A stretch of 64,000 nt of DNA. It comes from Callorhinchus milii (lineage: Eukaryota). Below are positions 1 to 14,927 of the stretch, piece by piece. Below the pieces are notes generated by a model. It was not told the DNA's origin. It ran no database searches and worked only from the letters and a program-made list of their open reading frames with translations. A program made the translations under genes and the position numbers. Every line of letters starts with the position of its first letter. Position 1 is the first letter of the stretch. Location of the stretch: NCBI RefSeq assembly GCF_018977255.1, contig NW_024704743.1:37636001-37700000 (forward strand). Direction: 5' to 3'.

Positions 1-614
1 TTTAGTTCATGGTCTCTGTGGTGAGACTGTGAGGCTGTAACACTAATCCTAATGTGCAGTAAAAGCTAGCTCAGCATATTAATATTCTATATTCATATTA
101 TTTTCTTATTATTTATACAGCACCTTTAATATCAGTAGGACGTCCCAAGGCATTTAACAATATTGGCTTGGCACCTCTACTGTTGAAAGAGAAAATAGGG
201 ATAAACATTTCAAAAATATTAAGAATATTATATTAATATTACAAAAATAATATTAAGGTGAGTGACCCTGCCTGTGTACGTGTGTGTGTGTATGTGGTTT
301 TCAGTAAATGTGCAAAAAATCTGTAATAATAAAGAAGATTGCCTCAACTCCACTCTGACTCTTTTTTCTCTCCCATTCTCTCCCTCTCTTGCCTTTCTCC
401 CTCTCTCCCTCTCACTCACTCTCTTTCGATTTTCACAATGGTGATCTTATAAATATAATATGAATGAAAAGGCAGTTGAGTGCTGCAAGGCCTGACCAGC
501 GCACTCTGTCTCTCCAGGGCTCTGTTGCTGACCTAAATGCATCTCAAAATGGTTTAGCGTCTGTGATAGTTTCATTAGAAGTCTCTGACTGACGGTTCTG
601 ATTCTTGTAGCTGA

Positions 615-737
<123 letters not shown>

Positions 738-2404
738 TAAAATCGTGCTCCACTTTGGCTTGCTGCAGTTTCTGAAGCACTGACTGAATACTTGAGTGAA
801 AAGCCATCAGGTTTGTATCATGACATGGCTGCTGGCATTTATTGTTGCAGAAAGCTTCGCTCTCTTGGCCTGCTGCTTCTGCCCACACCAGGGCTAAAAC
901 TCCAACTAGAGTTAATCTATTAGGGTCTAGTTTTATTGTATTAGCGTAACATTTCACAGCACACAGAATTTGTCAAATTCTTAAATACAGCCTTCATTTT
1001 GAAACTGGTTTTCTGCCATTTCTTTTCACGCTCTGCAGAAAATAGGCTTCCGTAAACTGGCCGAATTCTGCACACTTTGAAATGCAACGTTGATAGAGTA
1101 AATCTAGACCCAGGGAGAATATCTACCCAGCAGTGAGCATATCTACCCAGCAGTGAGCTAAATGCCTCTATAATGCTTTAGCAACCACACAGCCTTCAAT
1201 TAGTGATAGCTGAACAAGTGTTTGGGCGTCTTGTTGTGAGGAGAGCAAGCGTGTGGAGCTGCATCTGCTCTCTCTGTTTGCCAGTGAGTCCCTGGATAGT
1301 GGCCAGCAGGAGGCAGTGTTAAGCACCACGAGAAGCTCCTCTTTCTGTTCTTCTGTGATATTCTGTTCCTCTGTTCTGTTCTGTGGCTGCTCTATTGGTG
1401 GATGGCACACCTACACTTTTGATTTCTCCCTCGATGGCACGTGAAAAAAACATGGAGTTATAAGTTGCCGTGTCCTCTTGACGTGGAAATCTATGAATGT
1501 AAACTGTATAGTAAATTAAGCCATTGGGCAGGCTGGACCCAAAGTGGCTTGTCTGGCAGCTAGCAGTTAATTGTTTGGCTTAGGAGAGTACTGATTTTGG
1601 TCTCCCAGTTAGGTGAATCCTGGGAAAGCAAAATCATAACCTGATTCATGACCTAAAATTTGCAAAACAAAATCGGTATCCAAAGCTCACAGGTGACACT
1701 AGGATCCTGAGTAGAGCAAATCGTTTACATGCTGAAGGCGGTCTGTCACCTGCTGGGTGTTCCTAAACTCATTCCTTAAATGAGGAAGGGAATGCTTTTT
1801 GGAATACTGCAAATGTTACCACTATAAATGTAGAATAAAATGGTTCTTATAAGATTACAGTTAATTATTGCCACGAGTAACTAATCTGCTGAATTTAGTG
1901 AACAGGACAGAAGAGCACATAGCTCAGGCATTGAATTCACTATATTGAACAACCTTTACAAGATCACATGATTGATTCGGATGAAGAAGGCCCTTTGGCC
2001 CTTTTGATCTCATCTTTCCAGAATATCCACCCACCTGTACCCCCATCACAGCATCAAGCTGCTTTTTAAATGATTCAGGGTCCTGGCCTCAACCACGCTT
2101 CATGGTAGTCTGTTTCAGTCATTCATTATCGTCTGGGTCCTCCCAAAGTGGTGCTGCAGTGTTCAGGTAAGGAATCTTTTGAAACATGGCACAAGAACCA
2201 TGAAATTGCATTAACTCCTTGGTTGCCTCAAACACAGGATTAATACTGTACTCAACTAATAACAGAGATTTCAATTCACATTCCTCGGAATGTTATCATA
2301 AATGAATGAAGAGATTTGTCAGACAATATTGCGGTAAGTTTATGTTTACTTCTATTCTCTAGTGGTGTGTTTACCTCGAGTAATTTCATTTTGCGTAATC
2401 GTCA

Positions 2405-2731
2405 GTGCTCTCGCCTCGCAAGTGAGAGGATCTGGCGGGGTGAAACCTTAGGCAAGTCTCCTTACTCCACACATCTCTGTTTACCTAGCAGTAGGTAGGA
2501 TTCCGGTTGTTAGTCAATTGGCAGATCACTTTTCGGGGATAATTAATCCCTCAAAAACAAAATTTGGTCACTCAATTGACAACTGTTTGTGGGACAATGC
2601 TGTGCGCAATTGGCTGCCGCCTTTGCCCACAAAATAGGCAGTCAATTCACTTTACAATATATTCTGTGAAGCGATTTGAAACATCTCTATGACATGATAA
2701 ATTGCTATATCAAATACAAGGATTATTATTA
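2405..2731 (+). mobile_element. tRNA-headed Deu-domain SINE, family A (5'-degraded)
   Basis: Body shared with 32710-33115 (gtttgtgggac..gctgtgcgcaattggctgcc core; (TAT)n tail). Confidence 0.85.
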
Positions 2732-3628
2732 TTTTGTATTTTATTCTGACCTCAGAGTCCATTCCTTTCCTTTAAATTATTATCCAATTTCTGTTTCTGC
2801 CTGTTGTTTGTATGATCTACTAACCTGCCAGTATGCACATCGGGGATATTGGATATTCAGAGGAATGAGGATTGAAACCTCTGATGGGTTTAGTATTAAC
2901 CTTATGTTTGAGGTGACCGAGGAGATAATGGATTTTTATAGTTCTCAAGTCATTATGTCAGAAATCCTCAACCACGTTCTACCTGATGGCGGTTGATGTT
3001 CATGACTTCAATAACCAATTTGGGGGAAACACACACAAGCAACCATAGAAAGCACATGCATTGTGAATAGCATCATATAGGACATCAGCTGTTTAACCAG
3101 ATAAGCCACAGGAACCTAAGAATATGAGGCAGCAGCATAGAGGAAGAGATTAGATTAGATTTTACTCCATTTGTTGTTTTGTAGATAACTCTTTTTTGTA
3201 GATATTTAGATATTTCTTTTCAATTTACAGCTGCAGTATATATTGTTGTAACATCCCGTATTTGTTGACATTTTCCGTGGTAAATACTGTTGTTAAATAT
3301 CTTGAAAAATGCCCTGATGTTACTTCCTGCTGTATATCCTGATGTCTGCTGTGTGGAGAATGTGTCTATCTCAGCAAGATTGTTAGGGCTTGTTTATCTA
3401 CTGATGTTACTTCCAGCTGTAAATCCTGATTTTTATTATCAGTTTTGTGAGCTTTGTCGGCATTGGTTGAACAATGACATTTGATCATCCATTTGACCAA
3501 ACCTAATCTTGTCTCCATTTGATGCTCACAATCATACTCATACTTGCACTTCCAGACTGGTCCCTGGACAGTAAAACATAATTAGTCACTGTAGAAAACC
3601 ATTAAGTCCTAATAGTCTTACTGAGAAA

Positions 3629-4020
3629 TAATAATCTTTGTATTTGATATCGCGCTTTATCACGTCTTTGAAATATGTCTAAATATGAGAAATATCTAAA
3701 TATCTACAAAAGAGTTACGTCTCAAAGTGCTTCACAGAATATACTGTAAAGTGAATTGACTGTATATTTTTTGTGGGCAAAATGTGGCAGCCAATTGTGC
3801 ACAGCGGTGTCCCATAAACAGTCGTGGATTGAGTTACCAAATTTTTTTTTTAAGGAATTATTACCCCGGAAAAGCGATCCGCGAATCGACTAATAACTGG
3901 GTTCCTACTTACTGCAGGTAAACAGAGGCGTGTGGAGTAAGGAAACTTGCCCAACATTTGATCCTGCCTGGGAATTGAACCTAGGTCTCTCGCTTGCGAG
4001 GCGAGTGCTCTAACCACTGT
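3629..4020 (-). mobile_element. SINE family A, near full length, with an internal ~45-bp insertion
   Basis: Reverse complement of the family A consensus from tail (aataataat) to tRNA-like head. Confidence 0.9.
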
Positions 4021-4104
4021 ATGGAGAGAAACTCTCCCCCCCCCCCATTATCCATCAGTCAATCCTCAGTCCCTCACCCCAGTGAAGAAGCCAATAACTG
4101 CTAG

Positions 4105-4347
<243 letters not shown>

Positions 4348-7300
4348 TAGAAGCTTCAAAACACATAGGTCAGAAGTCAGAAACTTTGACTGCAGACAGA
4401 TGTCGGAGCCTTGTTGCCAAGTGGGCTACATGGGAGACCGTTTTTTTTGTGCTTGATCGTGCATCCTGACATCGGGGCATGCACCTTTTAATCATAATAT
4501 AATTGAATAGAAGTAATATGAAAAGATAGTAAATGGTAATGGAATAAGACCAATCTGCACGCACTTGATGATAGGAACAGGAGCAGTCCTTTCAGGACAT
4601 CGACCCAATTCCATCCAAACCTGATCAACGAGATGTCTCAGCGCTTGAAAGGATATAAATGGATTGACTGTGTATTTTCTGGGTGAAACTCGGTAGCCAG
4701 TTGCACACAGTAATATGCCACAACAGCCATGGAGTGAGTGACCAATTTTATTTTGGGAGACAGTTGACTAGGACACTGGGAGAAACTGCCTTCTCTTTAC
4801 GAATAGTTTCTTGGGATCTTAAACATCTACCTGAACAGGCAGATGAGACCTTGTGTTTAATCTCTCATCCGAAGGACACTTTAGTGAGTTTAGTACAGAG
4901 AGGAGATCCCAATTATACAGTTACAAATAGGGCAAACAATTTACACATGGTCAAATCCCACAAAGAGACATGAGATAAATGACCAGTTTATCTGGAGGGT
5001 TGCTGACCAGGATACTGGATAAATTCCGTGCTCTTAATGAGTACCATTTTATAAACTGCATTAAGGTCAGCTTTAAATTCAAAGTTTCTCGGGACTTAGA
5101 ATGAGGAAGAGTTTATTTAATCTCTTGAGATACAATTTGCAGGATGTGGGACTGAATGTCTGGCCCCATGGATCCTTGTAGTCCAGTTTCACACGATCGT
5201 GCTGTGATAAGAGTATTTAGCTCTCATTTCAAACCATACATTTTACAAACGATCTGACATGTGGGTGCAATTGAGCTTCATCGGGTCACCCCTCTGTGCC
5301 AAGCTAGTAAAGTAATAATAATAATAATCCTTGCATTTGATATGGAGCCTTATCACGTGTTCGAGACGTCTCAAAGTACGTCACAGAATTTACTGTAAAG
5401 TGAATTGACTGTATATTTTGTGGGCAAAGTACAAAAGCTTTTACCAAATACCAGCGCCCTCTTTGAATCTGAACGCTCTGAAATGGGCTTCTGTTGCACA
5501 GATAGTTTCATAGCAATGGCCCAGAATGTCTGAGGCTGACACATATAACATACAGATTAATGCCACCGTTTGGATTGTTTGGGGAAATACATATAATCCA
5601 AGTTGTTTTTGCCAAAATATCCCTCTACTTCATCACCCCTCGCCTCCTCCAGGCGTACATACGTACACACCTCAGTGAATTTTCTCCCAGCTGGAGAGGA
5701 TGGTGCAGACTGGGCCCTAGCAACATCCCTGCCAAAGCTCAGCCAGCTGAGACAGACCAGCTGTAGAGAGTGGCAGACATGACACGCCAACCTGTGACCT
5801 TCTGGTGGGGGAGTTGAGCTGTTAAGCACCACAGCTAAATCCTGCATGTGAAATAAGTCTCTAATTACCTCGCTGTCAAGTAGGTTGGAAACTGTATTGC
5901 ATGCTGACTTGGCATCTGCACCAGCACTGGCATATGCAGCACTTATTTGCATAAGAATACTGCAGGATTATTCATTTGGGAAGGAAGCGAGAAAAAGTGG
6001 GTTTTGCTCTTAATTTGGTTAGTTGCAACTGAGGTTCAAAGCAGGATAGTGTGTGCATTAGGGGGTGCAGGTGGAGGGGTCGGAAAGGACTCTTGCCTTA
6101 ATTCAAGGATGCTATTTCCAGACATGAACTACAACCCATTACACTAAGTATTGCATTCCCCGAGCCTTTTAATAAAAAAGGCTGGGGCATATCTCTGCCC
6201 TTGTGACCAGCAATCATAGCGCCTGAACGGCATTTTATTTGACAGTACTAGCAGTCAGTCAGACTGCTATAAATAAAATCGTTGCCTGATACCATTTTAT
6301 GGGTTTATTGGATAACAAAAAAGGACAGGTGCAGGATACAAGTAAAGGAGTCTGGCACATTACTGATGTGTTTATCTACTGGTTCCACACTGGAAAAGGT
6401 GATTTGAGGTCAGAGTCTTGTGGGTTGGTGCGAAAAATAGGTCCTTCCCTCCAGAAAACACAGTTTATGGTATGAAGGCTTTTTTCAACAGCCAGACATC
6501 TGTGATATTACTGCTTATGAGGAGGGCTTGTCAACACCAGTACCTTTGTAGGGAAATAGCCGGTAAACCTTTTTTCAATTAATTATAGGGAGGGAGAAAA
6601 AATACAAGGGCATCAATCCCAATTTTTGATTCTTACCTGAGGATTGTGATAGACACCAACTTTTGCTTGGACACTGTCCTGAAGGATCATGCAGAGAAGG
6701 GGTGAAGGGCACTCTGGTCATGCTCGCCTCTCTTCAAGGACAGCAAGGTCCCAATGCAGGTCAAGCTTGTGATATATTAGACCAGTGTGCAAACCATCCT
6801 CCCACACTGAAGGCAGATGTGTGCCAGATAGCTGATGAGGAAGCTCTGAGGCATGGGGTGACAACTCCTGGAGTTTGAGTTTGTAAGCAAATGTTTGTAT
6901 AGCCAGGGCTTGGAATGCCCCTTGATTGGTTTGCAGAAAGATAAGCAGCAACTGCTCAAGATCTGCACCTCCTCTTGTGCACAGTGATGGGTTTCTGCAT
7001 GGGTCAGACACTTGACTCACCAAAAAAAGGGAGGGAGGGAAATTCAAAGTCCTCCAGAACATTTGTACCACCAAGTTCATCTCTGGAGCAGAGCAAGAGT
7101 TAGCTAAGAATGCCAGAAGCAGTTAAGACTATTCCCAAAGACAATTTGGTCAGAAAGGGAATTCAGTACACAAAGCTGAAGTGCTTCTAGCACCTTGAAA
7201 AGAGGGGTCTCAGAGGGATCTTACAGAGATATACAAGATGCCAAATGTGATTGAGAATGTAAACCCAACTCAATACTTTCAAATACGCCCAGGACAAAGG

Positions 7301-7645
7301 ATAATAATACTTGATTTGATACAGTGCCTTATCACATCTTTGAGACATCTCAAGGCGCTTCACAGAATATACTGTGAAGTGAATTGACTGTATATTTTGT
7401 GGGCGAAACACAGCTGCCAATTGTGCACACCAGAGTCCCACAAACTGTTGTCGATTGAGTGACCAAATTTTGTTATCCCCAGAAAAGCGATCTGCCAATC
7501 GACCTACAACCGGGTTCCTATTTACTGCTACATAAACAGAGGCATTTGGAGTAAGGAAACTTGCTCAACGTTTTATCTGCCAGGAAGCAAACCCAGTTCC
7601 TCTCGCTTGCGGGATGAGTGCTCTAACCACTGAGCTACAAGACTC
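7301..7645 (-). mobile_element. SINE family A inserted into a CR1 LINE 3' fragment (about 7170-7810, +)
   Basis: Full SINE; the flanks carry CR1 ORF2 C-terminal motifs (LRGDL.E.YK upstream, FFTQR..WN.LP downstream). Confidence 0.85.
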
Positions 7646-8071
7646 TACAAGTTCAAGGATACGTACAGGTTCAGGGTTGTAAAGGTCACAGGTTGCGTGT
7701 CATGTCTACAGTCACCAGGAATATTTCTTTACACAAAGGGTAGCAAGTGGAACAAGTTACCAGGAAGCATGATTGTCGCCAAGATATTAAAATTATTTAA
7801 GATTCAATTGCTTGATCCTGTAGTCAGATGATAGTGAAATGTGTAAAATAATAATAATTCTTACATTTGGTATAGCCCCATTCACATTGGGTGAAAACGT
7901 GGCCAAGCAAGTGAGAAGCACAAATGAATGACCTGGAAGCCTTTTCGGCACAAGTATTGTGTAAGATGATGTGCTTGTCTCCTCTCTGAAGAAATTGGAT
8001 AACTGATATTTGAATAAGCTGCAGCATTTATTCTGTTTCAGTGACTAACAATGTTCTTTTGTTGATTTTAG

Positions 8072-8126
8072 TGACAAAATGTTCCCTGCCTTTGGGTTTG
8101 GAGCAAGGATACCGCCTGATTCTAGC
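8072..8126 (+). CDS. CPNE4: Copine-4 exon: DKMFPAFGFGARIPPDSS
   Basis: ttttag|T GAC...AGC|gtgagt; 55 nt, phase 2/0; copine FGFGA motif. Confidence 0.96.
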
Positions 8127-9135
8127 GTGAGTACCAAGTCGTGTGACTTCCACAAATAGAGGGTCAGGTTAACATAATCATTTTGCTCTTTTATTGCACA
8201 TTATTCTATTGAATCTATCCCATCACGCTCTCCGAGTTATTCCATTTTACCACTTCTTTTTATTTCACTCTTGTGGGTTATATTGCTGAGTATAAATCTC
8301 CTCAATTAAATTGTAATTGAGAATGGAGGAAAGAATCAATAGGAAAGTCACCTTAGTTAACCCTCATGAATATCCCGAAGGCAGGGATTCTTTCCACTGT
8401 TCCCTATTAATCTGCAAACCAAAGTCCTAACAGTACTAACAACAAGAAGCTTACTGGTGTTTGCGATGGCGAGCTGTGTGATTTTAGCTGGTTAAAACTC
8501 CAGAAGTCCTCTAATTACTTGCATGTATGAAGATCATATGTACCCTTTATGCACCTTGGTTCTTGCCAACCTGTGCCTTCACTGTCTGGGATTAGGTAAG
8601 TAGTTGCGTACCTCTGGGGAAACAATTGGGGATATCCATACATAAGAGGAATTGTCACTCTTGTGCATGTCTTAAGTTTATTGACAGAATTCTCAAACTA
8701 CAGTCTTGGAGACTTGGTTGAAATGTACAAGACAGACGCAGGTTGAATTTGTTGTATTTGCATCATTTATTTATGTCTAAGGACGGGGATTTGTTTTACA
8801 AGGGGAGTCTCAGAGAGGAGACAATCACATTATCTTATACAATACTTCTGTCACAGAGACTTCCAGGTCATTAGTTTGTGCTTCTCGCGTGCTTGGATCT
8901 GTTTTCTTTCTTGAGATACATTAAAACAAAACCCCATCCTTAGGCATAAATAAATGATGGAGAGGCTCAAGACTCTTTTTACTGTGTCAATATAGAAGAG
9001 TCTCAGCTTCGACAGGGTCTGCTCTCATGAATCTAATGATGATGTGATTTTCAATGGAAGATTTCACACAGCCCATACCTTTAACTGTTAGCCCTCTAAT
9101 GCTCCGTATTTCTTTCTCAATTGATTCCCTTCTAG

Positions 9136-9187
9136 GTTTGCCATGACTTTGCAATCAACTTTAATGAAGACAATCCAGAATGTGCAG
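9136..9187 (+). CDS. CPNE4: Copine-4 exon: VCHDFAINFNEDNPECAG
   Basis: ttctag|GTT...GCAG|gtaaac; 52 nt, phase 0/1. Confidence 0.96.
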
Positions 9188-10069
9188 GTAAACCTAGCAG
9201 AAGCGTCAGCCCACACATTCGTACAACTCTACAGAGAAGGATCAAGCATTCAGAACTCCCAATAAGTTCCCCTTAAAATAACTGAGATGTTATTCTTCAC
9301 CCATCGGTGCATTTGGTGACAAATACATATAAATTAATAAATAAATGCAAATGTGGAAACCATTCAGAACATGACATAAACTGGCAAATTATTTAAACAC
9401 AGCAGTGGAAGAAACACAAAAAGTACCAGTTATTCTTTTTAAAAATGAATGAACTAATTTCTCTTTTATTTGAGTTGATCAGGTGAAACTCCAACTAAGC
9501 ATTATTCACAAGGGTTGAAGTAAAGGTGACCACAGAGATACGAGACAGTAATGTCATGGCTGCCTCTCTGTAGACATTTGAAGATGCTTGTACTTTGCAG
9601 AGTGATATGCAGGACCATGGAGTTTCACAATGCAGTGTCAGTCCTCTTTTTGCAGTGCTCCTTTTAGCCCCTTTCTGGAGGAACCACAAATGGTTGGGGG
9701 TTGTTGCATTGACGAAGGTGCCGTCGTTTATGAGAGACCCTAAACCGAGGTCCCTTCAGTATTTTTAGGTGGACATTAAAGAGCCCTGTGGCTCTATTTG
9801 AAAAGAGAAGGGACCTTCTCCTGATGTCCGGCTTACCCTCCCTCAAATACAAATTGGGTATTCGTTTTATGGCTGTTTATGGGACATTGTTGCGTTTGCA
9901 AAAATTGGCTGCCGCATTTGCCCACCAAACACAAGCTTTACAGAAGCTGTTCAGTAAATCCTGTGAAGTGCTTTTAAACATCCTTCTGACATGAAAGGCG
10001 TTTTACCAATGTAAGGATTATTTACTCATTTTCACACCTCAAGCACGCGCTACATATAGCTGGTTCTCA

Positions 10070-10381
10070 AGTCCTGTAGCTCAGTGGTTAGAGCACTCGC
10101 TTTGCAAGCGAGAGACCTGAGTTCAATTCCAGGCAGGGCGAAACATTGGGCAAGTTTCCTTACTCCACACACCTAATAATAATCCCTCCAAAACCAAAAA
10201 CAATAATAAATTGGTCATTTTCAATCTACGACTGTTTGTGGGACATTGCTGTGCGCAATTGGCTGCTGCGTTCGCCCACAAATATACAGTCAATTCACTT
10301 TACAGTGTGTTCTGTGAAGCGCTTTGGGACGTCCTCCCGACGTGAAAAGTGCTATATCAAATGCAAGGATTATTATTATTA
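10070..10381 (+). mobile_element. SINE family A with tRNA-Ala(TGC)-like head and an internal deletion
   Basis: A box TAGCTCAGTGG, B box AGTTCAATTCC, anticodon arm CTCGC-TTTGCAA-GCGAG, then the Deu-type core and (TAT)n tail. Confidence 0.9.
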
Positions 10382-10531
10382 TTTATCAGCATGATATATC
10401 ATGCAGACATTTCTCTAAAGAAACGGTGGAAAGACCAGCAGGGAGTTGTACTAACTAGCTCTGGAAGTAGCCTACAGTTAGTCACAGACTTTGGGTAACT
10501 CATGTGTAACTTAGAGATAGTGAGAGCCTAT

Positions 10532-10978
10532 GCATCAGCCTGGCACACTGGTACTACTCTTGCTTATGAGTCAGAAGGTTGTGAGTTCAAGCCCCATGTC
10601 AGGACTTGGAATTACATGTCTAAGCTGACACTGATGCAGTGCTGGGGGTGCATTGGATTGCCAGAGGTGCCGTCCTTCAGATGAGACATTAAACCGAGGT
10701 CTTGTCTGTCTGTTCAGGTGGATGTTAAAGTTCCTATTGCACTATTCGAAAAGAGAAGGGGAGTTTCTTCCGGTGTCCTGGCAACAAATCCTCCAAATAA
10801 AATTGGTCATTCACTTCATGGCTGTTTGTGGGACATTTCTGTGTGCAAACTGGCGGCCACGTTTCACCCACAAAATATAGTCAATCCACTTTACAGTATA
10901 ACTTGTGAAGCACTTTGAGATGTCTCGACAACATATTAAGCCGCTTTATCAATTGCAAGTATTATTATTTTTTATTAT
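10532..10978 (+). mobile_element. SINE family B (different tRNA-like head, longer Deu domain, SacSINE/AmnSINE-like)
   Basis: gatgagacattaaaccgagg...ttcaggtggatgttaaag...gcactattcgaa core. Other copies at about 4620-4880(-), 9695-10021(+), 24770-24915(-), 26027-26225(+), 28050-28430(-), 62430-62612(-). Confidence 0.8.
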
Positions 10979-11438
10979 AGGACACTGAGTAACTCATTAG
11001 CAACCTAGACCTAGTGACATGCTCTGGGTAACTCTTGAATAGCCGAGGAACATATCCAAATATGCTTGCAGTATTGATAGAACAGGTTACTTGTACAGTC
11101 TAATGGCTGGGTAAACAAGGTATCCAGACCCTTTTATAATGACCTAAATAAGGGTAAAAAAATCAAAGCGTGTGTTTGGAATTTAAGTAGGTTTAATGTT
11201 ACTGAATAAAGATGAACACTAATCTGGTTTTAACATCTAGGCTGATCTGATTGTAAAGGCTGTGGTTTTTGAAAAGTGATATCTGAAAATTGTGATGAGC
11301 GTGCTGATGTGTGAATGTGCTGATGCTGCGTTCTAACATAACCTCATGCATAATGAATCAGTTTAAATAAAGACGAAAGAGCAGCCTGAAAAATGTTATA
11401 CCCAGTAGATGATTTGGTGCATGCTCACTCTTTGATGA

Positions 11439-11642
<204 letters not shown>

Positions 11643-12009
11643 TAGTCGGAGACTTGCTGGTATTATTCTATCATAGTGTTATGTCCAGGGGCCATACAAT
11701 TACATAGAAATCACAATGTAATTCACAAGGGGCTTGTTCAGAATCACAATGTAATTCACAAGGGGCTTGTTCAGAAAGCAGCTTTCCTTTTCAATGCTGT
11801 CATAAAGACAGTTCACTTAGAACTCCACTGTAATCGCTGCTTCCTGGAACATACAGTAGTTATAACATGATAGTTGGGAGTCAATACAAATCCAGCCAAC
11901 ATTGCAGCAGGTCCGCATTCACTCCACGTGCCTGAGGAAAACCAGTTGATTTCCCCGACTAAAACATGACCACTTTTTGAGCCATCAAGTCATTACTTGA
12001 TGGGCTGCT

Positions 12010-12300
12010 CCACCTCCCCTGCTCGGCCAGTGCCACCATCAGCAGTCAGACCTTCAGGCTTTCTGCCCCCACCCTTTGGAACTCCATCCCATATTCCCTT
12101 CTCCTTGTTCCCTCCCTTGCCTCCTTCAAGGCACGTCTCAACATCCTCTTCTTCGACCGTGCCTTCGGCCACCCCCCTATCCTGCCTTCCACCCTCCCCG
12201 ATCCCGATCCCGATCCCCAGCTCAGGTCCAAATCCCTGATTGTCCAACGCCTTGGAACGTCCTCCCGATGTGAAAGGCACTTTACAAATGTAATTGTTTT
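12010..12300 (+). mobile_element. L2-clade LINE 3' fragment
   Basis: C-rich ORF2 end (RPS.F.APTLWNSIP-like) plus the tail gtgaaaggcactttacaaatgtaattg; similar to 63015-64000. Confidence 0.8.
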
Positions 12301-13315
12301 GTGTTACAACGTCATGATGTCACCTCCTCAGAAATCGGCCATTTTTTTAGTCACGGGTTAAACCAGCCAAGCTGACTTTCTATATTCATTTTGTATTTTA
12401 TTTGGTAAGTAAATGTCAAGGTGAGAATTGTCTACTAAAAAGATTGAGTTCCAGCAGCAGAACTAAGTCAATCAGAGGGTTGTCCCAGCCTCAGCTCGAG
12501 CACAGTGCACAGGAAGTGACATCAACGGTAATCCCACAACAAAAAACAACATATTGCATTTATACAGTGAAACTTGCATAGAATAACGTCTTGGAGCCTT
12601 TCACATCATCTGGGTTGGACACTGAATAAAGGGAGAGGAGGGAGATGGACATTTTGTAGCATGGGATTCCGGCTAGCCATTGCTGCAAGCCCAATACACT
12701 GCCATTATGGTTAATGCATGATCACAGGCCACTAACACAAGAAACAAAGTATACTGTACACTGGAGGTAAGGGTTACTCTGTTTGTGAACTCTAAGTTGT
12801 TTGGAGAATCTTAAGCAAGGTGATGGGCTTCTGCATGTATCAGACACCCGGCTGGTCAAAAGAAAATAAGAGGGTTTTCCAGTTATTAATAGGTCACAAA
12901 CAACAACAACAACAAATACTTGCATTTACATAGAGCCCTTCACACGGGGTAGCATTTTGGCATGCCATTGAGATAATAGAGCTATAACAGTGGTTTTAGC
13001 TGGTTAGACTCCAGCAGTTCCACACTCTGGGGTCTCCAAGACTTGGCTCTTACCAATTTGCAACTAATATTTTCCGGAATTTGGTACGCAGGATGGGTCC
13101 CTCCATGGAGAGAGTGCGCCTTCCATTTCAACAATCTATCCCTCAAATTTTCATGTGTAGGTGGGATGCATGGAAATCTCAGTTTGGTTTGGATACTCTT
13201 AAACATGGTGATGGGTTTCCGCATGTGTCAGACACCTGGCTGACAAAAAAAATAGAACCCAATGTCTCATGAACCCAGGAAAGGGAAGATGCAATCCTAT
13301 TACTGCTTCATATAG

Positions 13316-13645
<330 letters not shown>

Positions 13646-13718
13646 TAAATCATATGGAATAATTTGCGATGGTTTTGATTCATTTGCTTTATGTGTTACC
13701 AATTATTACTGCTATTAA

Positions 13719-14085
13719 GTCCTGGAGTATATTGGTTAGAGCACTTACCTCTCAAGAAAGAGGACCTGGGTTTGATTTCCAGGTGGGGCAAAACCTTAAG
13801 CGAGTTTCCTTCCTACACACAACTCCGTTTACCTAGCAGTAAGTAGGAACTCGGTTGTTAGTTGAGTGGTGGATCGCTTTCTGGGGGTAATAATCCCTTC
13901 AAAAACTAACAATGATAATAATTTGTGCACTCAATCTACAAATGTTTGCGGGATACTGCTATGTGCCACATGTCACCCACAAAAGTATAAAGTAAATTCA
14001 CTTTACAGTATATTCTATGAATCACTTTGAGAAGTCTCAATGACGTGATAAGGCACTATATCAAATGCAAGGATTATTATTATTA
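13719..14085 (+). mobile_element. SINE family A, full length, diverged
   Basis: Head, body and (TAT)n tail all align to the other copies. Confidence 0.85.
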
Positions 14086-14927
14086 GATAATAAGACTGAT
14101 TCATTTGGGGTCAAGTGAAGTCCGATAAGCCTAAATGTTTATTGTAATAATTGCTATGTATTGTAGTAAGTGCTGTAGACCCAATCAAGTGAAAATTAAA
14201 GGTAAAAATAAAAGAACATTGATTGGAGACTTTGACAGGATTGCCAGGTTATGCAAGCATGACTGGAATGATATGAACCATTTTCAGTACTGCAAGAAAT
14301 TCTTTTGTTTGCAACTTTGGGGAATTATAATAGAATATGCTTCTACAGAACGTATCTGACGTGCATTCTCTGCAAAAAGAATATCCAGATTTACATGTAA
14401 CAGGACTCAATTCATCACTGTTAGGCAAGTACAGTAAGAATAAACCTGGCATTTGAGTTAAGGCCATTTGGACCATCATGCCTGCTGCCTCCACAGATAA
14501 TGTACAAATTATCCCATCATGGAATCTCATCCACATAAATCATTTTCATTCTTGCTTCCTCCCCACATTCAACATTAAAGCACTTAAAGCATCTAATCGC
14601 ACCAAATCTAATAATGTTGGAACAAATAAATATTTAATGATTGAACAGCTACATCAGTGCCTGAAGCACATAATAATGATGAGTTAGTCTCCCACTTACA
14701 CATTTATGTATATACTGATGACTATTATTCAAATATAAAAATATTCACAGTACATTACCTCCCAGGACATTACAATTAATATGACTGGGGTAATAATGAC
14801 CATACTAAGTTCTGCAAGAAATGCTGTTGTTTGGCAACTTTTGGGAAATACAGTGGAATACAAAGATAATACCAAACGTATCTGATGTGAATTCTAAGCA
14901 AAAAGAATATCATGATTTACATGTAAC

